From: Dehalococcoidia bacterium | Lineage (GTDB): Bacteria; Chloroflexota; Dehalococcoidia; Lucifugimonadales; Lucifugimonadaceae | Direction: 5' to 3' | DNA: 64,000 nt | Assembly (NCBI GenBank): GCA_029936155.1 | Contig: JAPYUK010000002.1 | Coordinates: 13,786 to 77,785, forward strand | Part shown: piece by piece, positions 7,564-17,483 of the stretch | Position numbering within the stretch: the first letter of the stretch is position 1 | Layout of the letters: the number at the start of each line of letters is the position of its first letter | The notes under the pieces: model-generated | What the model was told of the DNA's origin: nothing | Seen by the model: the letters and a program-made list of their open reading frames with translations, nothing else | Database searches by the model: none | Translations under genes and position numbers: made by a program

Positions 7564-9408
7564 ATGCGGATCACCCGTATGGCGTTTCACTGCAAGTGGC
7601 GCCTGTTTTTTGGGTTCGTCGCGATATTCATAGCATCCGGATTTCAGCTTGCAATACCGCTTCTCATCGGAAGCGCTGTCGACTCTGCGCTTAGTCTCGA
7701 AGGTGCCGCTCTCGACATATCGAACGGAATGGTCGCCTCTGCTATAGATTCGACTACCGACGTATTTGGCGAAGGGTCGAACCCGGCCAAGACAGCACTG
7801 ATAATCATTGCTGTTTTCCTGTTCATCGCCTCAGTTGGGCGCGGTCTGGCAGCGATGTTCCAGAACTACATGGGCGAGTCGATTGGGCAGATGATTGGCT
7901 ATGAACTTCGCATGCTGTACTACGAAAAACTGCAGCGGCTGTCGTTCAGTTACCACGCCGGAGTGCATACCGGTGATCTGATTACACGCGGCATTATCGA
8001 TGTCGAGGGTGTCCGGATGTTTGTCCAGACTGCATTGCTGCGTACCGTCTTCCTAATAGTGTTGATCGGCGCTGGTATGTACCTGATACTGAGCTTAGAT
8101 CTCACCCTTGGGCTTATCAGTCTTAGCTTCGTGCCATTCGTCGCGTGGCGTGCAACGGCAGCTCGGCTGAAGTTAAGGTCTAACTGGTACCAACTTCAGG
8201 AGCGACTATCGGCTCTGACAAAGGTGATGGACGAGAATCTCGGCGGTATCAGGGTTGTCCGGGCGTTCGCGTCTCAAGATCACGAGATGAAAAAGTTCGA
8301 CGAAGCGTCAAACGAAACGTTGATACTTGCGAATACTCAGGTCGGTATACGAGCCTCCAATATTTCGCTGATGGGCGTTGCCTTCATGCTCGCGATGACC
8401 GGAGTCCTCTGGTATGGCGGTCTACAGGTAGTCGACGGGGCGCTCAACCTCGGTGAACTGACTCAGTTCCTAGCGTTTATGAGTATTTTGCTACAACCTG
8501 TTCGACAGATTGGAATGCTGGTCAACGGATTCGCACGTGGTTCGGTGACAGGCAGCCGGCTCTTCTCGGTGCTCGATCTAATACCTGAAATTCAGGACAA
8601 GCCCGACGCAAAAGATCTCGATATAACTAGCGGGATACTCGAGTTCCACAACGTCAGCTTCGGGTACGAAGGCGAGCACACACTGGAAGGGATTTCATTC
8701 AAGGCCGAGCCGGGACACACAGTCGGGCTCGTTGGACCTCCGGGTAGTGGAAAATCGACAATCGCCCACCTTGTTCCTCGTTTTTACGATCCGATCGAGG
8801 GCCACATCACTATCGATGGGCAGGATCTGCGAGACATCACACTCGACTCCTTGAGGCAAGCGGTTGGCGTGGTTGAGCAGGACACTTTCCTGTTCACGGC
8901 ATCGATCGAACACAACGTTGCTTACGGTGATCCGTGGGCTCCCGACGACCGAGTCGAAGAGGCTTCTAAATATGCTCAGCTCGGTGATTACATCGAGAGG
9001 CTGCCTGGTGGCTACGATACGATGATCGGTGAGCGCGGAGTTTCACTCTCGGGCGGCCAGCGCCAGAGGTTGTCGATCGCACGGTCGCTCATGCTGAAGC
9101 CTCAATTGATTGTTTTTGACGACTCGACGGCTGCGATCGACGCTGCTACCGAGCAACGTATTCGTGCGGCTCTTACTGATCTCACAAAAGATCGGGCTAC
9201 GATCATCATTTCGCACAGGCTCAGTTCGCTGATGCACGCCGACGAAATTCTGTTCATAGAGGAAGGCAAGATCGTTGAGCGTGGTTCTCACGATGAACTG
9301 CTCGCTCAGGGTGGACACTACAACGATCTGTACGAGTTGCAGATTCGCCCCGATGAACGGGATGAACAGGTTAGTGGCAGTGTAGACGGCGAAGTGGGCG
9401 CATCGTAA
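7564..9408 (+). CDS. ABC exporter, fused permease/ATPase (subunit 1 of a heterodimer); true start may be about 7471-7477
   Basis: TM domain, Walker A GPPGSGKST, LSGGQRQR, Walker B IVFDDST (degenerate D), SHRLS. Confidence 0.93.
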   Translation: MRITRMAFHCKWRLFFGFVAIFIASGFQLAIPLLIGSAVDSALSLEGAALDISNGMVASAIDSTTDVFGEGSNPAKTALIIIAVFLFIASVGRGLAAMFQNYMGESIGQMIGYELRMLYYEKLQRLSFSYHAGVHTGDLITRGIIDVEGVRMFVQTALLRTVFLIVLIGAGMYLILSLDLTLGLISLSFVPFVAWRATAARLKLRSNWYQLQERLSALTKVMDENLGGIRVVRAFASQDHEMKKFDEASNETLILANTQVGIRASNISLMGVAFMLAMTGVLWYGGLQVVDGALNLGELTQFLAFMSILLQPVRQIGMLVNGFARGSVTGSRLFSVLDLIPEIQDKPDAKDLDITSGILEFHNVSFGYEGEHTLEGISFKAEPGHTVGLVGPPGSGKSTIAHLVPRFYDPIEGHITIDGQDLRDITLDSLRQAVGVVEQDTFLFTASIEHNVAYGDPWAPDDRVEEASKYAQLGDYIERLPGGYDTMIGERGVSLSGGQRQRLSIARSLMLKPQLIVFDDSTAAIDAATEQRIRAALTDLTKDRATIIISHRLSSLMHADEILFIEEGKIVERGSHDELLAQGGHYNDLYELQIRPDERDEQVSGSVDGEVGAS

Positions 9409-11300
9409 TGGCGACGCGAGATCCTCTCGACCGCAGTCACATTATTCCACCTAAGGCGTCGATTCGACTCGGACCAACCCAGGACGAAGAGGTTTTTGGT
9501 GAGGCGTTTAGCGGACAGGTTGTTAGCCGGTTTATTAAGTACGTATCGAAATACAAAGTTTTGCTCTGGGTGGCTATTACATCCGTTCTTGTATTCACAG
9601 TTTCTTCGATTGCGATTCCGCTTATTGTTCGCAATGTCTACGATGAAGCACTAGCGGCAGGTTCTCCAGATCGAGGAAAACTTACGACGATGGTGATCGT
9701 ATTCCTTGTGGCGGTTGGATTCAATTTTGTTGCCAACTATTTGCAAGAGTTGATCGTTGGACGAGTTGCCGAGCGCATCCTGGTCGACATGCGGCGAGCG
9801 ATGTACGACCACCTGCAACGGGTCTCGCTATCGTTCATGGACAAGACTGAAATCGGCAAGCTGATGGCTCGCCTGCAGGGTGATGTCGCTGCGTTGCAGG
9901 AATTTCTACAGACGGCTGTGTTTGCAATCGGTGACTTTGTGTTGCTGATCGGCATTATCGGCGCAATGGTTTGGCTCGACTGGCGGTTGGGTCTGATGAC
10001 CCTCGCTGTGGTACCGACCCTGTTCATCATCCGAATTATCTGGTTGCCGTACGCACGTCGCGCCTTCTTGCGAGCAAGGGTTACATCGTCGATCGTGAGT
10101 GGTGCGCTTGCCGAGAACATTAATGGCATTCGAGCCGTACAGGGATTGTCACGCGAGCATGTGAACTACGATCTGTTCGACATTCGTGCCTCCGACAACC
10201 TGAAGGCGGCAAACCGGGCTTCGAAGTTCGGTGTGATGATGCTTCCTATTGTGGACACGCTGACCGGTGCTGCGATGTCGATCATCGTGATCATGGGTGG
10301 CTTCTTTGTGCTTGGCGGCACGATTGAGGTTGGAGTAATGGTGGCCTTCGTGCTATTCGTTCAGCGCTTCTTCGACCCAATTCGATCCCTGACTATGCAT
10401 TACAACGTGCTACAGCGCGCCATGGCTTCGGGTGAGCGAATATTCGAAGTAATTGATGTACCTGTCGATATTGCCGACAAACCCCATGCGCTTGATTTGG
10501 ATGAAATCGACGGATCGATCAGTTTCAAAGACGTTACGTTTGGATACCTGCCTGATCAGCCGATTTTGAAGAACATTAACTTCGAGGTTAAGCCGGGTGA
10601 AACTGTTGCGCTGGTTGGTCCTACGGGATCCGGAAAGACCTCGACGACTGCTCTGGTTCACCGCTTCTATGACGTCTGGGAAGGATCAGTGAAGGTCGGT
10701 GGGCACGATGTTCGAGATGTGACGCAGGATTCGCTTGGCAGGCACGTTTCGATGGTGCTGCAGGAGCCGTTCCTGTTCTCGGGCACCATCTACGAAAATA
10801 TTCTGTATTCCAAGGAAGACGCCACTCGTGAGGACGTTGTTGCGGCGGCGCAGGCTGTTGGTGCTCACGAGTTCATCATGAAGCTGCCCGGTGGCTACGA
10901 CACTCCGCTTGAGCAACGTGGCGGAAACATTTCACTGGGTCAGCGTCAGCTGATTTCGTTTGCCCGAGCGATCGTAGCCGATACCAAGATTCTGGTTCTT
11001 GATGAGGCGACGGCGAGTATCGATTCGTACACGGAAATGCTGATTCAGCAGGCTTTGAACCGGTTGATGGAGGGTCGTACGGGCATGGTGATTGCTCACC
11101 GTCTGGCGACAATTCGAGGGGCGGATCGAATCATCGTGTTGCAGGATGGCGAGATTATCGAGATGGGTAATCACGATGAGTTGATGACGCTGGGTGGTAT
11201 GTACTCACGACTGTACTCGATGAACTATGCGTCGTTCGACGATATTCCAGACGAATTGATTCAGCAAGCAACGCAGGCTGCGAACGGAACTTCGACTTAA
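9408..11300 (+). CDS. ABC exporter, fused permease/ATPase (subunit 2 of a heterodimer)
   Basis: GPTGSGKTS, ISLGQRQL, LVLDEAT, AHRL; TAATG coupling to the previous gene. Confidence 0.93.
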   Translation: MATRDPLDRSHIIPPKASIRLGPTQDEEVFGEAFSGQVVSRFIKYVSKYKVLLWVAITSVLVFTVSSIAIPLIVRNVYDEALAAGSPDRGKLTTMVIVFLVAVGFNFVANYLQELIVGRVAERILVDMRRAMYDHLQRVSLSFMDKTEIGKLMARLQGDVAALQEFLQTAVFAIGDFVLLIGIIGAMVWLDWRLGLMTLAVVPTLFIIRIIWLPYARRAFLRARVTSSIVSGALAENINGIRAVQGLSREHVNYDLFDIRASDNLKAANRASKFGVMMLPIVDTLTGAAMSIIVIMGGFFVLGGTIEVGVMVAFVLFVQRFFDPIRSLTMHYNVLQRAMASGERIFEVIDVPVDIADKPHALDLDEIDGSISFKDVTFGYLPDQPILKNINFEVKPGETVALVGPTGSGKTSTTALVHRFYDVWEGSVKVGGHDVRDVTQDSLGRHVSMVLQEPFLFSGTIYENILYSKEDATREDVVAAAQAVGAHEFIMKLPGGYDTPLEQRGGNISLGQRQLISFARAIVADTKILVLDEATASIDSYTEMLIQQALNRLMEGRTGMVIAHRLATIRGADRIIVLQDGEIIEMGNHDELMTLGGMYSRLYSMNYASFDDIPDELIQQATQAANGTST

Positions 11301-11321
11301 GGACAAGAACTCTCAGAACAC

Positions 11322-12452
11322 CTAGAGCAGCGTTCCTTGGTTGGTGGGACCTTCAGTTTGAGGGGGGGGGTGGCCGATGTGTTCGAAGCCCTCGGGGGTT
11401 GTTCGACGACCCTGTGTGGTGCGCACAATGAATCCAATCTTGAGCAAGAACGGCTCGACGACATCTTCGAGAGTCTGCTGATCTTCGTTGATCGTCGCTG
11501 CGAGTGCGTGAATACCGGCCGGGCCACCCTGATAGTTCTTTGAGAGGGTCGTCAGATAGAGTCGGTCGAGTCGGTCAAGACCGAGCGCGTCAACCCCTTC
11601 AATTTCCATCGCCTCAGCAGCCACGGCGCTATCGATGGTTCCGGAGTTTCGTACTTCGGCGAAGTCTCTCACTCGCCTCAGCAAACGGTTCGAGATACGC
11701 GGTGTTCCTCGGGATCGCCGAGCTATCTCATGCGCACCATCGTCGTTGATATCGACTTCGAGGATTCCGGCTGACCTTGTGACGACTTGGGCAAGCTCTT
11801 CCGTCGAGTAGAAATCGAGATGGTATGCGAGGCCAAACCGTTCTCGCAAAGGAGCACTGAGCATTCCTGCCCGGGTAGTCGACCCGATCAACGTGAAGGG
11901 TTGCAGCGGAAGGTTGATGCTCTTGGCAAAGGCACCCGAACCCGTCATGAAGTCGACCCTGAAATCCTCCATCGCAGAGTAGAGATACTCCTCTACAGCG
12001 TGCGAAAGACGGTGGATTTCGTCGATGAAAAGAACATCGCCCGTCTTGAGATTCGACAGCAATCCCACGACGTCGGCGGGGCGTTCAAGCGCCGGGCCGG
12101 AAGTGTGAACCAGCATCGAATCGAGTTCACGAGCGATGATGTGAGCGATGGTAGTTTTGCCGAGACCGGGAGGTCCGTGGAACAGGGCGTGATCGAGAGT
12201 GTCGCCACGTTTGTTCGACGCCATCACCGCGATTGAAATGCTGTCTACAACGGCGCGCTGGCCGACGTATTCCTGGAACCGACGTGGGCGTAGATCTTTT
12301 GTTCCGGCAACCTCCGACTCATCGGACTGCGAAGTGAGATCGGCTGCGCGTTCCTCCAGCGCCTGTTCACCGGCGGTTATTTCGGCTTCATCGGCAGACT
12401 TACTCGCCTGGACTATGCGCTCGCGTCCGTTTTCGTCTGGACCTGAAGCCAA
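11322..12452 (-). CDS. ruvB: Holliday junction branch migration helicase RuvB
   Basis: LRPRRF.EYVGQ, GPPGLGKTT, LFIDEIHRL, PLRERFG, RSRGTPR, VEPFLL. Confidence 0.98.
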   Translation of the reverse strand: MASGPDENGRERIVQASKSADEAEITAGEQALEERAADLTSQSDESEVAGTKDLRPRRFQEYVGQRAVVDSISIAVMASNKRGDTLDHALFHGPPGLGKTTIAHIIARELDSMLVHTSGPALERPADVVGLLSNLKTGDVLFIDEIHRLSHAVEEYLYSAMEDFRVDFMTGSGAFAKSINLPLQPFTLIGSTTRAGMLSAPLRERFGLAYHLDFYSTEELAQVVTRSAGILEVDINDDGAHEIARRSRGTPRISNRLLRRVRDFAEVRNSGTIDSAVAAEAMEIEGVDALGLDRLDRLYLTTLSKNYQGGPAGIHALAATINEDQQTLEDVVEPFLLKIGFIVRTTQGRRTTPEGFEHIGHPPPQTEGPTNQGTLL

Positions 12453-12456
12453 TCAT

Positions 12457-13101
12457 CTACTCCTGTTGAGAAACCTGGGCCTTGAAGACCTCTCGCATCA
12501 GTTCCTGAAGGTCGTCGGCGACTTCCGGCATGTGCCGTATTGCCACTTCGACTTTATCCTGTGCCTCGGTTGGGCGATAGCCGAGAGTGATTAACGCTTC
12601 GATTGCTTCCGATCGGGCGTCGGAAGGCGGGGGTGTCTGACCCTGTTCGGAAATTCCGGCGTCCTGCAACAACGCAGTTGCCGTCACTTTACCCCGCAGA
12701 GTAGCGACGATTTTTTGCGCTGCCCTGCTGCCGATTCCGGGCAGGCGCTGTAGTGAGCCAAGATCTTCAGTTTCGATCGCGGAAGCAATCGTTGACACTG
12801 GAAATACGAGGGCGGCGGCGGCTTTGGCTGGTCCGATTCCTTCGACCTGAATCAACTGTTCGAAAAACTGCTTTTCACTGGGGTGCCTGAAGCCGACGAG
12901 CATCGGCTTGGGCTGTCGTTCTGTGACGTGGTAGTAGATCTCAAGTTCAACGTCGGAGCCTTCGCGAATACCGTCGTTGGCTAGTGACTGGTAGACGTAT
13001 GTTGGCAGGCTGACTTCGTAGCCGACACCGCCTGCGACGACCACGGCTCGGCCTGGTTCGCGTGTGAGGCTTCTTATGGTTCCTGTGATGTAGTTGATCA
13101 T
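12457..13101 (-). CDS. ruvA: Holliday junction DNA-binding protein RuvA
   Basis: GGVGYEV, V.GIGP..A, LPGIGSRAAQKIV, AIEALITLGY; ruvCAB synteny. Confidence 0.95.
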   Translation of the reverse strand: MINYITGTIRSLTREPGRAVVVAGGVGYEVSLPTYVYQSLANDGIREGSDVELEIYYHVTERQPKPMLVGFRHPSEKQFFEQLIQVEGIGPAKAAAALVFPVSTIASAIETEDLGSLQRLPGIGSRAAQKIVATLRGKVTATALLQDAGISEQGQTPPPSDARSEAIEALITLGYRPTEAQDKVEVAIRHMPEVADDLQELMREVFKAQVSQQE

Positions 13102-13114
13102 TTATGTGTAGATG

Positions 13115-13615
13115 TTACTTCGCTGCTTCAATAGCTTCGAGCGCCGAGCTTCCAGCCATGATCGCATGAGCGATGGCAATCGAAAAGGCGTCGGCGACGT
13201 GCTCGTTTTTTGCAGCGTCGGGAGTTCCGAGATGAGCTGCGATCGCCTGTTTCACTTGTTCTTTGTCTGCCCTGCCCGATCCGGTGACGAGATTCTTGGC
13301 GCGTGTTGGCTGGTAGTTGAAGACAGGTATGTCTGCTTCACCGGCTGCCATCACTGCGACACCTCTTGCGTGGCCGAGCAGGAGGGCCGTCTTGGCGAAG
13401 CGAGAGTGCAGGTCTTCAACCGCGGCGACTTCTGGCTTGTACTCGGCGATGACATCACGGATTACCGTGTAGATTCTAAAGAGTCGCGTTTCCATCGGTT
13501 CGGTCGATTTAGTTCGAGCGACGCCACCTTCGACAGCAATAAACCTGCGGTCGACAACGTCAATTATTCCGTATCCGGTGCTGGTGAGTCCGGGGTCGAT
13601 ACCGAGAATGCGCAA
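13115..13615 (-). CDS. ruvC: Crossover junction endodeoxyribonuclease RuvC
   Basis: MRILGIDPG..TGYG, AVED, LGHARG, TGSGRADKEQV, ADAFSIAIAH. Confidence 0.97.
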   Translation of the reverse strand: MRILGIDPGLTSTGYGIIDVVDRRFIAVEGGVARTKSTEPMETRLFRIYTVIRDVIAEYKPEVAAVEDLHSRFAKTALLLGHARGVAVMAAGEADIPVFNYQPTRAKNLVTGSGRADKEQVKQAIAAHLGTPDAAKNEHVADAFSIAIAHAIMAGSSALEAIEAAK

Positions 13616-13853
13616 GTAGATTTCCGATCTCAGAGCGTTTTCAGCCGCAGCAAATACGCTTGCCTAACGATGCGAAATCACGGGTGATTTCAGTCGCAAA
13701 GTTTAACCTTATCCCTTTCTGATCTCGAAGAGGCTGTGACGCTTCGATGGCACTCGCAGGTCACTCGCGTGTATCGTTACCACTCGCGAAGCAACGACTC
13801 GGCTTATCGCCATTTGTGAGGGCGATTCAAGAACGAATTTAGGACTACGAAAC

Positions 13854-14999
13854 ATGCAGCCGTTCTACAACGAACAGCAAACGATGTTGGCAACCACTGT
13901 GCGAGAGTTTGCCACCGAGAAGCTGGCTCCACGTGCTGAACTGGTCGATGATAAGGCCGAGTTTCCTATCGACCAGTTCAGGGGACTTGCCGAACTCGGG
14001 TTGACCGGTATGACTATTCCGGAGGAGTACGGCGGCTCGGGTGGTGAATACAGAGACTTCATGGTGGTGTTGGAAGAGGTAGCGGCGGCCTGTGGATCGA
14101 CCAGCACCGTGCTGATTACGCACGTTTCGCTAGGGTCACAGACAATTCGGCACGGTGGATCGGAAGAGCAGTTGAAAAGATGGTTGCCCTCACTTGCTTC
14201 GGGCGAGAAGATCGCTGCGTTTGCTTTGACGGAACCGGGCACGGGATCGGATGCGCTGGCGTTAGAGACTTCTTTGACCCGAGATGGCGACGACTATGTT
14301 TTGAACGGATCGAAGCTGTTCATCACGAACGGTGCCGAGGCAGATATTTTTTCGGTGTTTACGAATCACGATAAGTCGGCTGGACATCGAGGCGTTACGG
14401 CGGTCGTAATCGAGAAGGGCACGCCGGGGTTCACCATTAATCCGCAGCACGGTAAGATGGGCATGAAGGGCTGTGCGACGGCCGAATTGGTGTTCGACAA
14501 CTGCAGAATTCCAGTTTCGAATCGGCTTGGCGAAGAGGGCGAGGGCTACAAGCTCGCTTTGAAAATCCTCGATTCGAGCCGGATTATGATTGCTGCACAG
14601 TGTCTGGGCTTGGCAAAGGGCGCGCTGGACGCGGCCCTGTCATATTCGAAGCAGCGGGTAACGTTTGGCAAAGTGATCGCAACACGGCAAGCGATTCAGT
14701 TCATGCTTGCGGACATGGCGGTCGAGCTCGACGCGGCACGGCTCCTTACCTGGCGGGCTGCGGCCTTGTACGACGAGGGGCTTGCCCACGGCAAGGAGTC
14801 GGCGATGGCAAAGCTGTACGCATCGGAGGCTGCGGGTCGTATCGCAAGCAAGGCACTGCAGATTCACGGCGGGGTCGGCTACTTCAAGCCTTCAGCGGTT
14901 GAGCGCATATATCGCGATCAACGTGTAACCGAGATTTACGAGGGGACGTCTGAGATTCAGCGGCTCGTGATCTCGAGGTCGCTGATCGGGGACCTCTAA
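13854..14999 (+). CDS. Acyl-CoA dehydrogenase (short-chain/butyryl-CoA type)
   Basis: FALTEPGTGSDA, NGSKLFITNG, QIHGGVGY, IYEGTSEIQR. Confidence 0.95.
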   Translation: MQPFYNEQQTMLATTVREFATEKLAPRAELVDDKAEFPIDQFRGLAELGLTGMTIPEEYGGSGGEYRDFMVVLEEVAAACGSTSTVLITHVSLGSQTIRHGGSEEQLKRWLPSLASGEKIAAFALTEPGTGSDALALETSLTRDGDDYVLNGSKLFITNGAEADIFSVFTNHDKSAGHRGVTAVVIEKGTPGFTINPQHGKMGMKGCATAELVFDNCRIPVSNRLGEEGEGYKLALKILDSSRIMIAAQCLGLAKGALDAALSYSKQRVTFGKVIATRQAIQFMLADMAVELDAARLLTWRAAALYDEGLAHGKESAMAKLYASEAAGRIASKALQIHGGVGYFKPSAVERIYRDQRVTEIYEGTSEIQRLVISRSLIGDL

Positions 15000-15064
15000 A
15001 TACCGTAGGCACATTTTCGTTAGGACACGTGTGTTTATTTTTTACAGCGAGATTTTCAGGGGTA

Positions 15065-15461
15065 GTGAGTTTGGTGGCGATTGGACCTCACTACTCAAAT
15101 CCTACATCCAAATCCAGCGTTCATTGGGCGCGCTCTCAGTAGCTTCGTAGTAAATGGCCGGTCTGACCCTGCTGTCAAGCGAATGAAGATATGCCGAGCC
15201 CACCATTCGATACTCGCGCTGTCCGCTGGGATCTTTGTCGGCGTCGATGATTTTCAAAACCGTGGACCAGCCGACAGATTATCCGGTTTTCCTCACAGCA
15301 GATTCAACAACTCGGTAAATACCCAGAGTCGCAGTGCCAATACAGCTACCGATCGGCTCGATCGACCGTTCGCCGCTCAACTCACCTCCACAGATGTTGT
15401 CGACTACTGTGACCAGATCATTTTCTGATATTTCGGGGATGGCATATTCTCTGAGCATCAC
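15065..15461 (-). pseudogene. Remnant of an APH/choline-kinase-like phosphotransferase N-lobe
   Basis: Read-through ..TATLGIYRVVESAVRKTG*SVGWSTVLKII..QREY..RPAIYY, then after a frameshift NERWIWM*DL (cf. WLWLED). Stops at 15279-81 and 15102-04. Confidence 0.5.
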
Positions 15462-15504
15462 GGGACTCTATTACAAACACCGTCAGACGGGAATTAAGTG
15501 AGAT

Positions 15505-16416
15505 TCAGACCCGTTGTGGCTCAAGTGTGAAGCCGATGCAATCGGGGGTGTATTCGGTTAGGCGTTTGGCTGCGACCTGGACGGCTTCGGGATTGGCGTC
15601 AACGAGGACGAAGCGACGGTCGTTTTTGGCTGCGGCGACTCCGGTAGTGCCTGATCCGGCAAAGAAATCCAACACCAGATCGCCAGGATTCGAGTGCACC
15701 TTCACGATGCGTTCGAGAATCGCCAGCGGCTTCTGGGTCGGGTAGCCGGTGCGTTCTTTACCGTTCGTGGGGACGATCGTTTGCCACCAGACATCAGTTG
15801 GTATCTTACCGCGAGCGGCTTTTTCCTTTCCGACTAACGAAGGCGCCATGTAGGGGATTCGATCGATGGTGTCGGCGTTGAAGGTGTAGTTCTTAGGGTC
15901 GGCTGTGTACCAGAATATCGTGTCGTGCTTGGCGGGCCATTTTCGTTTTGAGCGACCGCCGTAGTCGTACGACCAGATGATTTCGTTCATGAACGAGTCA
16001 CGACCGAAGATTCTATCCAAGAGAATTTTGCAGTAGTGCGATTCACGCTGGTCGACGTGCAAGAACAGCGAGCCGTCGGTGGTCAGGACGCGCAAGACTT
16101 CTTCGATACGTGGTGCGAGAAATCCGATGTAATCGTCGAACGAATCGAGGTATGACTTGCTAACGCCTTTTTCGGTGCGGTACCGGTTTCCACCGAAGCC
16201 TGTGCGATCACCGGCGTCGTCGCGAACAGTTTTCAGACTCGTCATCTGCTGCTTGGTCCCGGTGTTGAACGGTGGATCGATGTAGATGAGGCTCACCGAT
16301 TCGTCGGGAATCCCCTGAAGGAATTTGAGATTGTCGGCGAGGTTTATCGAGTTAGGGATCATTCTTGGGGCCTCACTTCGAATGTCGGCGATTTTCGGGT
16401 TGCTTGAGGTGGGCAC
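15505..16416 (-). CDS. Site-specific DNA methyltransferase (N6A/N4C, beta class), no adjacent REase; start may be 16362
   Basis: Catalytic IYIDPPF precedes the SAM-binding DFFAGSGTT; YPTQKP. Confidence 0.92.
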   Translation of the reverse strand: MPTSSNPKIADIRSEAPRMIPNSINLADNLKFLQGIPDESVSLIYIDPPFNTGTKQQMTSLKTVRDDAGDRTGFGGNRYRTEKGVSKSYLDSFDDYIGFLAPRIEEVLRVLTTDGSLFLHVDQRESHYCKILLDRIFGRDSFMNEIIWSYDYGGRSKRKWPAKHDTIFWYTADPKNYTFNADTIDRIPYMAPSLVGKEKAARGKIPTDVWWQTIVPTNGKERTGYPTQKPLAILERIVKVHSNPGDLVLDFFAGSGTTGVAAAKNDRRFVLVDANPEAVQVAAKRLTEYTPDCIGFTLEPQRV

Positions 16417-16427
16417 GGCTGCCCTTT

Positions 16428-16721
16428 TTACGTGACCTGAAAAGGGCAGCCGCTGTGAACCCTAAAGTCTCGACTATTTGACTGAACTTGTGCGGAACCT
16501 TGCCACGGTTTAATCGTATTTCCACATGTGTCGCAAACGTTCATGTTGACTAAATCCCAAATGAACCAAACCGCAATAATTGCGACGAATATCAATACAG
16601 CGGTCAACGGATCAAATAGCACCCGAACAACAAGTGATACGAACATTATGAGAGGAAGGACAACGATCCAACTCTTCAATAATGTTGAAAACATCACGGC
16701 GAGCCTAAATGACCTCACCAC
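16428..16721 (-). CDS. Small 2-TM membrane protein with C-terminal CxxC...HxxC metal finger
   Basis: Hydrophobic hairpin followed by VCDTCG...VHSGCP; GGAGG upstream. Confidence 0.55.
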   Translation of the reverse strand: MVRSFRLAVMFSTLLKSWIVVLPLIMFVSLVVRVLFDPLTAVLIFVAIIAVWFIWDLVNMNVCDTCGNTIKPWQGSAQVQSNSRDFRVHSGCPFQVT

Positions 16722-16900
16722 CCTAAAGCAAACGGAACCTTCCTACGTAAACACTTGCTCACCTCCATAGTGGTGATTACAGTAGTCTACTGTGTGTGAT
16801 ATTTCACAAACGGTAGCCGCGAACGCGTGCGTGATAGCCAGAGTGATATCGATTGCATGCAACTCGATTTTGAGTCCTTGTTTATAGGGATTTGGACTAG

Positions 16901-17455
16901 ATGATCTACAACGTTGCGGGGCTGCTTACCGGGAAACTCGGTGATAGTCAGCAGCATGAGATAGAAAACGAACGGTTCGTCATTGGCGATCGGTCGATAA
17001 AAGAGATCAGTGGTCCGGTTCGTTTGATGAGAACCGATCGTACTGTGCTAGTGAGTGCTGATATTGAAGCTGTAACGCAGGATTCGTGTTCCAGATGCCT
17101 TGAACCGGCGGTTGTGAACGTGAGCGTTACGATGGAAGAGGAATTCTCTCCGATAAACGCCAATCTGATGGGCACGGAAAAATCCGGCCAAAATGTTCAC
17201 GAAAACGATGATTACTACGATGCGGCGCTTGTCGTTGATGAGCAAAATTTCTTAGATCTAACTGAAGGGCTCGGTCAGGCTCTTCTCAGCGCGCTTCCAA
17301 TTGCCCCTATTTGCAAAGACGATTGCCTTGGAATTTGCCCCATTTGCACAGTAAATCGCAATATAATTCAGTGTTCGTGCTCCAAAAGTTCGGTGGACCC
17401 GCGTTGGGCGGGGCTTGCAGGACTGTTGGAAAAAGGCGCAGAATCCGCAGATTGA
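16901..17455 (+). CDS. yceD: YceD/DUF177 family protein
   Basis: CSRCL, P.API.CKDDCLGICPICTVNRN..C.C..VDPRWAGL; directly upstream of rpmF. Confidence 0.92.
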   Translation: MIYNVAGLLTGKLGDSQQHEIENERFVIGDRSIKEISGPVRLMRTDRTVLVSADIEAVTQDSCSRCLEPAVVNVSVTMEEEFSPINANLMGTEKSGQNVHENDDYYDAALVVDEQNFLDLTEGLGQALLSALPIAPICKDDCLGICPICTVNRNIIQCSCSKSSVDPRWAGLAGLLEKGAESAD

Positions 17456-17483
17456 TTGGGCAGAGGCTCACCAGATAACAGAT

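Noticed and set aside
11362-11369. G8 homopolymer as a phase-variation tract in ruvB
   Set aside because: It encodes Pro codons in the variable C-terminal tail of an intact housekeeping gene
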